From: Chrysemys picta bellii
Lineage: Eukaryota
Length of the DNA stretch: 64,000 nt
Assembly (NCBI RefSeq): GCF_011386835.1
Contig: NC_088797.1
Span: 13,764,001 to 13,828,000, forward strand
Direction: 5' to 3'
The notes beneath the pieces were generated by a model. That model did no database searches, had not been told where the DNA came from, and saw only the letters and a program-made list of their open reading frames with translations. Shown here piece after piece: positions 40,331 through 51,340 of this stretch; the first letter of the stretch is position 1, and each line of letters begins with the position of its first letter. The translations under genes and the position numbers were made by a program.

Positions 40331-40637
40331 AACCTTTTGTTCCTTGGATGCAAGTACAAATTGTATAACTACTTTCTCGTTTGTTAGTACAGCATTATAA
40401 AAAGAGACACAAACAGTTTTTAAAAGCCGTTGGTAAGTATCACGGTGAAATGCACTATTTACATGTCTTGCAAGAAAATGCTCCAAAGAACAGAATCCAA
40501 ATGCTTCATCCTTTTCGCATGCAGGGCTCTGAAGGCAGAATAACCAATGCAATTCTATAAGGTAGAAGGGTTGACATACCAAGCATCTGCACAAGGTGTC
40601 TTCACACCCCTGTGGTCCATGGAGTTGAGGTCTACAG

Positions 40638-40831
40638 CAGGGCCGGCTCCAGAATTTCTGCCGCCCCAACCAAAAAAAAAAGCTGCGATCGGCGGCGGCA
40701 GTTCAGCGGCAGGTCCTTCACTCCTAGAGGGAGTGAGGGACCTACCGCCCCCGAATTGCTGCAGGTGCCACCCCTCTCCCTTGGCCGCCCCAAGCACCTG
40801 CTTGTTAAGCTGGTGCCTGGAGCCGGCCCTG
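40638..40831. mobile_element. hAT-type MITE (CAGGGCCGGCTCC family)
   Basis: TIRs cagggccggctccag / ctggagccggccctg; TSD gtctacag / gtctacgg. Confidence 0.9.
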
Positions 40832-43007
40832 GTCTACGGGACCCTTTCCATATTTTTAGGGTGATTATGTTTGAAGGAAGAATGGGCCCAGTCTCGATTG
40901 CTCTGTGACTGCACAGATGCTAGTCATTTACCTGTGTGTGGTGAACAGTCCAATGAGGTACTGCAACACTGAGGCTGCAGTAGGAGCTATTGAGAGGCTC
41001 ACTTTCTTCTCTTCAGTTGTATGGGAGGAATCTTCACTTCCAATGCACCAAGCCTTTGTATTCCTCTTTGCTGGGGACTAGTATTTGACTCATGTTGCAT
41101 CTTGAATTTCTGAGTTCGAAAATGACTGTATTTCTGACCAACAAGACTCCTGGCTTTAAGGGGTTACTGGTATGTGGCTTGAAAGCTAGTATGTAAAAAA
41201 AAAAGAGATGAATCTACACTTAAATCTTTGTGCTCCTAACTGCACTCAGTTGAGAGCTGTGAAAATCATAGGGTACTTGCCACTTTATATCTGACAACTC
41301 ATATATTAGGTTTTGGAGTGTTTTGTGCTTACCTTTAGCTCTTCTTTTGTTTAGGTGATTAAAAGATGCCTGTTGCTGTCTGTATGTGCAACATGCTTCA
41401 TTAACAGTGATTTATTTTGGAGTTTAGAGGAATTGGCACTCTGTAGCACACCAATGGGTAGAAGAAAAACAAACGTGAGATGATTGCTAAGAAACCTTTC
41501 TTGCTACTACTACTTTAGCTGAGAGCCTGAGGCATTTTGCAAATTTTATTTCTGAATGTCTCCAAAAGTGGAGGGTTTGTATGCTGGACTCTGGGCACTA
41601 ACATTTTCATCAAAGAGTACAGTGCTTTCCTTTACACTAGAGGGAAAAAGAGAGTTCCATCTATTGGTGTTTTCTTTCTGTACAATGTGAACTCACTAGC
41701 CCAAGTGCCCTGAAAGCTAAAGGCCTGTTTTGTTTAGTTTTGAAGCATTAAGCACCCACAACTACTGTTGAAATTAATGAGAGCAATGTGTGCTCAGCAT
41801 CTCTGGAAAACCAACTCCTAAATGCCTCAACAACTATGCACATCTTCTTTCTTCTAATACCTTATCATGCTCCAAGCTTATACAGTCAACTTTCTCTGTC
41901 AAAACCCAGTTATGAAAAAGGTGCCTTTCAGAACAAATTGCTACTGATGGTGGCATTACCAAAAGTAAGGTTACAAAAGGATCTGCACCGTTGTTTCGAG
42001 GTGGGGTATATCAGAGGGGATATAATTAGAGTTTAAATCATGAGTCTCTCATTTTCATAGCTTAAAAAAATTATGTGATGCTTCGACACCATTGATATTT
42101 CCTTTTAAGAATAAGAATTCCTTTTATGAGTGTTCAGGTTTGTTGCATTCCTTTCCAAAAGTGATACCAAAGGCTTTTATTCAACCAGAAAACAGAAATT
42201 AGAGATGGGCAGGATCTTTTCAATTATTAAATTCATTGCCCAGGCTTGGTTGTTTCCCTTTCTAAGGCGGTAGTCATAAAACATGTACCAACACTTCCAG
42301 TACAAACATAGCTGTTGGCAATGGGCCTACTGGCATAAATGATAACTATTCATGTGAGAAAAGGTTTTCTGGATCAGGTACGTGAAATGGGAGAAGAATC
42401 TGGGATTCTAAGTATAGGAAAATGAAGCAGTATCTAAGATACCACCTTATTTTAAATATCGATGAATATTATTTCTAATGGTGTGCTCGCTCCCTCTCCC
42501 ACCCCCCCACATTTACTTTTTACTTCCTCTCATGATGGGGCTTGCATTATTTCTATTCTAAATCTATTGGAAGATTTTCCCATAGCCCATTAGATGTCAC
42601 ATTTAGGGACTTGGGTAGGTATTTTATCATGCAATGCCAATGTTGGGCTGGCATGCCAAAAATCCAAGTGCCTGTTTTCAATGGGACTTCTGGGAAAGCT
42701 GTTATATAGTACCAGGAAAATAATGCTTCTGAAACTGTAATATCATTCCAGGAAATAATTGCTTTCAGCAATGGCATTTCTGGGAATGACATCAAAACAC
42801 GGTACTGGTCCATGAATTTGGTGAATTTCTATATCTGCTAGCACATCCTCAAGGAATATATTATAAAGCAATTACTAAACCTGTTATCCCCCCCCCCTTT
42901 ATGTGCATAAAATTTCCTTTGAGATTCATGGACGTCCTGAAGGAGACAAGTGCTATACGTAGGCTGGTCCTTAATGTCACAAATGATGAGAATTTCAACT
43001 TTGATTA

Positions 43008-43964
43008 TGTCATGCTGGCTGGAGTGGTTCATGGCAGTGAGTGCCAACCTCAGGGCAGACACACCACACTGTATATTCTATAATTAGATTTCACCAATCC
43101 AGTAACAAATGTGAATTCTGAAGCACTATAACAGTCTTACCACACAGTCATAGACAGTCCCCTTGTGCATTCCAGTCTGTCATGCCACCCAGGTATGATG
43201 AGCTAGTGACAGTTGATTGCCATACACTAACGATCAATAAAGATTCAGGTTGCTTCCAGTCCCAAGAGCCCAGTCACTTACCCAGGTCAATTTGTACCTC
43301 AGATCTCACACCAAAGACAATGGTTGTAGCAAATGAAAGAGTTATTTACAGGTTAAAATAGACAACATACATAAAGAAATCAATTGCAGATATGGTTCAA
43401 AAAGGTAACAGACATGAAGTAATCTGTCAACACTCCATGTCTTTTCGGGTTAACCCAGGTTGACCTTTGGGATCTCTGCTTCTGTTTCCTAGCTGCAGCA
43501 AACAGCAAAGAGATGAAGAATTTTCATGCCAGGTATTTTAATTTCCAGAATTCAAGATAATGGAACAAGCTTCCTTGCACATAGCACCTTCATTGGTGTG
43601 AGAAGGCCATTAACCCAGTCTTCATATTGTGATGTGTTACAACCACCCACTTAGTATTGATAATCTTCCTCTGCCTGCTTGGGCTCTCAAATTCAGGGCA
43701 GACATTTTTACAGTTATGAAGCAAAACTTGCATATTACCTTATAGCATGAGATACAGACATTACAAATAAGATTAATTCATGTAGCAACGTACAAGTATT
43801 TTATAGTTTAAACACTACACTAAACACTAAATACATCGTTGCAAGTCTAACATCTATCTTGAAAACGCAGATGAGCTGGTCTGGTTTCCAGCTAAGAATT
43901 TGTCCATGCTCAGCTGAAGCCTACAGCCTTGGCAAGAGCTGGCACCTGGTCTACCATCATCACA
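43008..43964 (-). mobile_element. Solo LTR (~957 bp)
   Basis: tgtcatgctgg...ccatcatcaca ends; 5-bp flanks gatta / tatta; composition resembles the 55.4-kb LTR. Confidence 0.7.
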
Positions 43965-45213
43965 TATTACTTCAAAATGCTTCTTTAAAGCAGACGCATC
44001 TCCCTTTGATGTCTTCTGATTCCATTGAAAATGTTGAAATAAGCAGAATTTTAGGGAGATTTCACATTTTCCATTGTATTTGATAAATAACTATGCTGAA
44101 TACTAATACATATCTGTGTCATCATTTTTTTTTTCAGCTAAAACCAGGACAGGTAGTTGTGGTGTTAAAATGATTTTATAGAAGGGAAAGAAGCTGCCAT
44201 CTTGAATGCCTTTCCTAAATGTTTACAAAAATATTATGGTAATAACATCGTGTCAGTCAATGATCTACTTTTCTCTTTCTTTTTCCTGTATATTGAAAGT
44301 TTCAATGCAAGTTTTGAAAATGTGAATAGAGATATATCTGCATGTTGTGGTATCATGTATACTTGGAAGCCACCTTAATACTTTATCCCACTAAGACCAG
44401 ACACAGCACAAAAATGAAAGGTACCAATTACTCCCCTGTGTTGGAGCACCCCAATTTCTGGAAGTAGGATGGCAGTACATGGCACATCCTGGGGTGTCTA
44501 CCAAAAGATCAGCACCTCAAGAGGAGGAGTTAGAAATTGCAATATGAGCCACATGAATGACAGAGTGCCATTTGGCTGCTTTCTGATGCCTGTAGAAGAA
44601 AGCAAACCAGAACTCCAGGCATCTAGTTCCAGCTCTGTCAGGGACTTGCTTGGCCATCAATTTGATCGAGTTGCCTACAAACTGATCCCCAAAGTCCATT
44701 GAATCAATGGAAGTCCTTCAGCAGGCTTTTTGGATGAAACCTCTAGCCTCTGTATTCTCAGTTCTTCATCTGTAAAATGGATGCTATAATACTTCCTTAC
44801 CTCACAGGGATGTATGCAAACCACCTGGAGAGTTTTTTAGCTTGAAATTGGTACTGTTGTTATTTAACCTTCCTACTAAAATGTGACTTGGTGAATGTGA
44901 TCCAGGAACCACTTAGTGCCAACTGGCAAGGGGCACAGAAGGGGGTGTATAGGGTATAGGGATCTCCTGGGTCTGGTATGTCCATTCTAGTTTACCAAAG
45001 AATGTCATGTGAGGTCTCAAATAAAAGCCAGTGTCACACTGGTTGTCATTTTGAAATGCATGTATGGATGTTGTGTAAGGAGTTATGCATATACAGTGAA
45101 AATTATGTTCTAAAGACTTTGTCATGGGAATGGTCACCAGCAAAGGTGAACAAGTTTTCTGTTAGATATGATTTTTTTTATCTAGGGGGCTTTTACATGT
45201 AAATTAAGTATTT

Positions 45214-45881
45214 ACAGTGGACGAGAAGCTGGATATGAGTCAACAGTGTGCCCTTGTTGCCAAGAAGGCTAACGGCATTTTGGGCTGTATAAGTAGGGGC
45301 ATTGCCAGCAGATCGAGGGATGTGATCATTCCCCTCTATTTGACATTGGTGAGGCCTCATCTGGAGTACTGTCCAGTTTTGGGCCCCACACTACAAGAAG
45401 GATGTGGAAAAATTGGAGAGAGTCCAGCAGAGGGCAACAAAAATGACTCGGGGGCTGGAGCACATGATTTATGAGGCGGGCTTAGGGAACTGGGATTGTT
45501 TAGTCTGCAGAAGAGAAGAATGAGGGGGGATTTGATAGCTGCTTTCAACTACCTGAAAGGGGGTTCCAAAGAGGATGGATCTAGACCGTTCTCAGGGTAC
45601 CAGATGACAGAACAAGGAGTAATGGTCTCAAGTTGCAGTGTGGGAGGTTTAGGTTGGATATTAGGAAAAACCTTTTCACTAGGAGGGTGATGAAGCATTG
45701 GAATGGGTTACCTAGGGAGCTGGTGGAATCTCCTTCCTTAGAGGTTTTTAAGGTCAGGCTTAACAAAGCCTTGGCTGGGATGATTTAGGTGGGGATTGGT
45801 CCTGCTTTGAGCAGGGGGTTGGACTACCTGACCCCCGGAGGTCCCTTCCAACCCTGATATTCTATGTTTCTATGATTCTAT
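45214..45881 (+). mobile_element. CR1 LINE 3' fragment (~670 bp), twin of the 33556 copy
   Basis: Begins acagtggacgagaagctgg and ends with an (attctatg)-type tail. Confidence 0.95.
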
Positions 45882-45890
45882 TGTGTAGTT

Positions 45891-46649
45891 TATCAAGGGA
45901 CTCTCCTCACCAGTCTGAACTGAAGGTTAATGAAGGATTGTGGGAATTTCAAAGAAGAAAATTAACAGGAAAGCAAGCAGCGGGGAAGGGAAGACATATC
46001 TTGAGCTGCTCATCAAGGGTTGTTCTACTGTATTTGGGGGACATCCTTTTTATCCTTCACCCAGGAAGTAAGCAGACAGTGAGTTTACTGCATGGGAATG
46101 GGATTACAACCAGGCTTGGTTGAAATAGCTGCAGAGAACTTTGGGTGAGATAAGCTTCTCTTGATGAGAGGATAACTTCTTGGTTACGTTTAGAAAGCAT
46201 GTTGTGATTCTCTAGAAAGCATGTTGTGATTTTGTTTTGCCTGTAACCATTTGTTTCCAATATTCTTACTCACTTTCACTTGAATCTCTGTTCTTTGACA
46301 ATAAATGCACTCTTGTTTTCACTGCAAATATATCTACCTGGTGTGGTGTTAAGCAAAGTGATGATCCCGAGTTAAGTCTTACAAGTGGGTGTGGACTGTT
46401 CCGTTGGGAACAGCGGACCTGGAAATTCCCAGTGTGTTCAGCGGACAAGGGGTGGACGCTACAGGGAACAGCCCCAGGATTTGGGAGTTGGTGTGTGCCT
46501 ATTGCTATCTGTGCAGAGAGAGTGAGGTGCATGTGTTGCCAGGGGCTGGTGGTTTCAGGGAGCTGAATCACAGCAGCCACAGACAAGACTTGCTAAAGCC
46601 AGGTGTTGGTGAGGTGTCTCACAAATCTCAGTGCCCCTGGGGATCATCA
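45891..46649 (+). mobile_element. Solo LTR (~759 bp), sense to CNTN4
   Basis: Perfect 5-bp TSD tagtt (45886-45890, 46650-46654); ends TA(from TG)...CA; AATAAA at 46300; ~22-bp internal tandem duplication (tagaaagcatgttgtgatt x2) at ~46191-46231. Confidence 0.8.
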
Positions 46650-48219
46650 TAGTTAGTCTTTCTATATGCCAGTAGCTGTGTTTTTTGTGGCGTGTGCCTG
46701 TGTGTGCATTGGAGATATTTTCTGGCAGTAGATTAAGTTAATTATAAGTGTTATCCTACCTCTTGTGTTCTTAATTAGGTATCAAAGGAAATACTACCTG
46801 TAAATTACTATTCTGCTCAAGTTCCACTCAGCTTATTCCATGAAGTGAGAAGAATAATCCTAAACCATTGAACTGCCCCAGTATAGTACAAGTTTTATAA
46901 ATAATACCTTATACATAAGGATCTCTGCTTATTGGTGAGAATATGTTGTTGGAAAGCCAGAATGTGAAGAAGACATTCACAACATGATGGTGAACATAGG
47001 ACAAAATTCTACTCTCAGTTGCATTGATGTAAATTGAAAATAACTGCCTTGAGTTCTGTGCAGTGACCCTGTACTTATGTTACCATAACTGAGAGCACAA
47101 TTTGGCACACAGAGCATAACTAGTTTTTTACCTAGTATGAAATCTGTATTACGAAATTGGATACTTTCCCTCATTAATTGCTGCAAGAGAGAAACAGCTT
47201 AACATTGTAGATCAATTCAGAGGTCAGTCACGACATTTTTTTAAATAAAATTAATTATTAATACCCTAATCATTCACTTAAGATGTTATTAGTTTCATTG
47301 ATCAGTCCTTCCTGCTTATCTACAGCCAATCTAATCATCATGCATGTCAGAATATCTGAATATATTCAGTTAGTCTTCACCCTCTTCAAATTACATCTTC
47401 AGATCAGAAGATAAGGATTCTTAGTCTTCTCAGCACACTGAACCTGATTTTATTAGAAGAATCTTATCAATTTTAGCTCACAAAAGCAACCAGAGACTTC
47501 TAATGATACTACTTCACTTTCTATTAGTCATGCAGTTTGTCTTGTAAACATGAAGGCTCCTTAACTTCTAGACATCAGAGATATGAATAAATGATAAGAA
47601 TGTATGATTGGTGAAATTATGTATTTATTTATAGTATTTAAATGCCTGCTGTGGTTATTTCCGGATAGAAGTCCTATGTAGAAAAGGGATATTTTCTCCC
47701 CCTAATTTGTCATGGAGATTAGAGTGCCCGGAAAAGATCAGGTTTCATTTGGAAATGCTTAGATGATAATTTCATTGAAGGTTTCCAATGTGTTTCGGGT
47801 TCCTTATCTGCGCATGGGTAACAGTGTGGATGCTTCAGGAAAACTTCCCAGAGAAGGGGTGGGAAGAAAAAGGTCATGCTCTACAGAAAATGTATTGCCT
47901 CGAGACATTGATGTGACTCTCAGATGTTTTACAGCACTGTGATCCTTGGCTGGCCTGATGGTCTAGTGACAACACGACATGCTGCCATGCAGGAAATCTG
48001 AGTTACAGTGTAGAAATTAGTCCCAAGCTGACTATGTCACTGCAGGGTTATGGGAGGAGAGGGAGTACCCTGGTTGAGTAGGCAGAGAGAAGACCTCACC
48101 ACCTCTAGAGACAGTCTCCTTTGGACAGAGTGAGATTTACAATTTCTGGAGGTAGCTACATTTTGCTCAGTTCAGTTGCTGAAGTACTTTGAAGTTGTCA
48201 GACAGTAAAGAGGGATAAT

Positions 48220-48430
48220 AATAATTCTTTCATCTTCAAAGTGTTTTACACAATTAACTAACTAATAACAGCTCCCCCATGAGGCAAACAGGTGAGTTTA
48301 CAGAGGGGAAAAATGAGGCAGAGAAGTTCAAATGACTTGCCCAAGGTAACCGAGAAAGTGGAGGACGCAGAATCAAGATTATATCACAGGAGTCTGCCTA
48401 CCAATCCTATGCTCAGATCACATAGACTGC
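48220..48430 (-). mobile_element. MIR/CORE-type SINE
   Basis: ttacagaggggaaaaatgaggcagagaagttcaaatgacttgcccaaggtaac, antisense CORE. Confidence 0.75.
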
Positions 48431-48687
48431 ACATCTCACAGATATACTGCTCCTCTGCAAATACCGACACACACTCTGTAAATCCTCTTCTTTGTTCTTC
48501 AGATCCTTAATTTCTAATTCCTGCCCCCACCCCCACCCCACCCAGACTGACTTTATAAAGCAACAATTTCTGTTTCCCTCCAGGTGTTAATTTCATTTAG
48601 CTCACATGGAAAGATACACTCTCATAGTATAAAAAGCTGTAATCCTAAATCTCATTGTAATGTGTCTCTCTTTTTTCCCCCCCACAG

Positions 48688-48828
48688 ATTAAAGGTTGTG
48701 TAAAACTTAAAAGAAGCAGCATTCTATTCACTAGTTATTGGACTCGCGCCTCCTTTGACCTCGGAAACTGAAAATGAGGTTGCTATGGGAACTGCTCGTG
48801 CTGCAATCATTCATGTTGTGCCTTGCAG
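48688..48828 (+). other. CNTN4: CNTN4 exon (86 nt 5'UTR + 55 nt CDS) with canonical splice sites
   Basis: Acceptor ctctcttttttcccccccacag|ATT and donor CAG|gtaaag. The in-frame TAA at 48690 rules out an N-terminal extension from upstream exons. Confidence 0.85.
48774..48828 (+). CDS. CNTN4: Contactin-4 (BIG-2), first coding exon, encoding the signal peptide MRLLWELLVLQSFMLCLA plus the first base of the next codon (phase-1 intron)
   Basis: ATG AGG TTG CTA TGG GAA CTG CTC GTG CTG CAA TCA TTC ATG TTG TGC CTT GCA G|gtaaag. It matches the mammalian CNTN4 N-terminus as I recall it (MRLPWELLVLQSFILCLAD) at 16/18 residues, better than CNTN6 or CNTN3. 55 coding nt followed by a canonical donor. Confidence 0.9.
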
Positions 48829-49367
48829 GTAAAGTGTCACTTTAAAACTTTTTGATTTAAAAATGCCACTGTATTTCACACTAATTCAAATTACACCAAG
48901 TTTTATATGCCAATGATAAAACAGCAAAGTAAGACTCCACTCTGTGAACTGCATTAACAAAGACTGCTGAACAGACCAAACCAATGCTCTCAACCTGCTT
49001 CTTTAATATTGATTAGTATCTCCAAAGCTAGACTCTGCTATTTCAGATACCAGTTCTACCCATTTTTAATTGAGTTGTTGTTGACAAAAGCTATTGTTTT
49101 GCCCATGTTCCATGCTAAGCAGTTCAATGCTCAATTAAACACTGGTATAGTATAGCATTAAATCCTATGAGAACAATATTGAGAGGAATGATACAAATAA
49201 TTTGAATAATATGATGCAACACTGTACTCATCTTTTTAACTGCTACAGCACTGTTGTGAGTGAACTGCAGAGTTGTCAGTATTTCAGTCCTCCCTTAATA
49301 CAATCTAACACTCCTTCAAATGCTTGATCCCTGCCCACCATAGTCCAGATCTTCTCCCACCTATATT

Positions 49368-51340
49368 GTCGTCATCTTGTTTTTCCAACACCAAGGTTGG
49401 GTAGGCCTGAGGTTATGAACAGACTCCATCCACATCTGTTTGGGGCACAATTTGAGCTGTTGGGTGTTGCCTGGATGGTTTTATGTTATACCACTGTCTC
49501 CTTGGTCATCCTCGGCCTCTCTCTCTCTCCATGGACATGTCCAGAAAGAACAATTTCAGGCAATCGGTAATGGGTTGTTCTACCAACATGGCCAACCCGT
49601 TGTAGTTGGCACCTTTTGATGATTATAGTCATGCACTGCACTTTCAGTCTTCTACAGATTTCTTCATTTCTTAGTCTGTCTAGCCTTGTGACACTTAAGA
49701 TATGGCACAGGCACTTCATCTCAATTGTTTGCAATTTTGCTCCAGGTATTTTTTCAGTACCCAGGTTTCACAACCAAAAAGTAATGTGGGTACAATGAGT
49801 GTTGTATGTAGTCGTGTTGTAGCTCGTATGGACACTGCTTTTAAGATCCATACACTTTCTGTGAAAATTGTGTTGGTAATAGCTATCTGCTTGTTGATGT
49901 CATTTTGATAGCAGTTGTCATACAATGGAACCCAACTGGCAGAAACTCTACTTGTTCAATGTCTACACCATTAATGTCTAGTTTAGCCTGTTTCTGGATT
50001 TCTTGATGTTATCATTGGTTTTGACTTTTGTTCCTTCATTTTTAAGCCCCATTCTATGGCTGTTATGTACAAGTTAGTTGCTGCTTCTTGGTTGTATTCC
50101 TCTATAAACACAATAATTATAATATCTTCTGCAAAGTCAAGGTGATTGATAATCTTCCCCACTGCAGGCTCCACCAGTGTTGCTGAGGGAGTTGAACAAG
50201 ACATTTTCAAAGTGTATAGTAAAAGTATTGGACTTTATATGCATCCCTGTTTGACTCCAGTTTTCACTTCAAACCACTCTGTCAGCTTGCCGCTGACTCA
50301 TACTGTATGTCAAGCTATGTTATACAGACTCTGCAGTATTTAAATCAACTTGCTGCTAAAACCATACCTCTTGATTACTTGCCACAGAGACTCTCTGTTA
50401 GGAGTTGAATACTTAGTCAATGAATATGAAACAGGTATTGAGCTCTGTGTGACTCCAACATTTGATGACAAACAAGTATCTGATATGCCATAGAACATCC
50501 AGATCAAAAGCCATCTTGTGACTCAAAGGATTTCCTCTGCTCTTTTTTTTCATTTGGTCAAGGATCACTCTACAGCAGTGGTGGGCAACCTGCGGCCGCG
50601 GGCCGCACATGGCCCGTCATGGTAATGTGCTGGTGGGCTGCAAGACAGTTTGTTTACGTTGACCGTCCACAGGCACAGCCGTCCGCAGCTCCCAGTGGCC
50701 ACGGTTTGCTGTTTCCGGCCAATGAGAGCTGCAGGAAGCGGCAGCCAACATGTCCCTACGGCCTGCGCCACTTCCCGCAGCTCCCACTGGGAACAGCGAA
50801 GCGTGGCCACTGGGAGCTGCGGGCAGCCGTGCCTGTGGATGGTCGACGTAAACAAACTGTCATGCTGCCCGCCAGCACATTACCCTGACGGGCCGCAGGT
50901 TACTCACCAATGGTTTAGATTGTATTATGAAAGCAGGATCATGTTTCCCTTGTAGTTTAATGCTCATTATGCATGATGAGATGCATCTAAAGCTTTTCAA
51001 AGAGCTGTAAATATTTTCTGATAGAATGAAGGCATCTCCTTCATTCTGGGCATTGTCTGTGCTTCCACAATAGATGACTTTATGGTGCTTTGTGGAAAGT
51101 TCACCACTTCCAGTCCAGTGTGTCTCCACAAATGCCAAAAATGTCTATGGAAAAGATGCCACTCTAGTTCTGAATTCTGCAATTCAAATTCTGACTTTGT
51201 CTCATTCATCCTCCTATTAGAACTATAATCCTCCCTGCAAAGATGGATATGTTGATTTCCCTTCCCTGTCTCCCAATCTTCTCTGCCCTGTTTCAATTTT
51301 TTCCCTGCCTGCATCTGTGCAGTCTGTTCTCAGCTGACCT
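49368..51340 (-). mobile_element. Old RTE-clade LINE relic with an internal deletion, interrupted by a MITE
   Basis: Degenerate ORF pieces: ETHWTGSGE / IYCGS / IMSIKLQGK (APE endonuclease); CRVILDQMKKRAEEIL, KTGVKQGC, HLDFAEDI, LLFGCETWVL, QTIEMKCLCHILSVTRLDRLRNEEI (RT and C-terminus). Confidence 0.85.
50576..50912. mobile_element. hAT-Charlie-like MITE
   Basis: TIRs cagtggtgggcaacc / ggttactcaccaatg; internal inverted arms cagtttgtttacgttgaccgtccacaggcac / gtgcctgtggatggtcgacgtaaacaaactg; flanks ctctacag / gtttagat do not form a TSD. Confidence 0.9.

Noticed and set aside
44890-45180. LTR-like fragment upstream of the plus-strand CR1
   Set aside because: Composition is LTR-like, but no termini or TSD could be defined.
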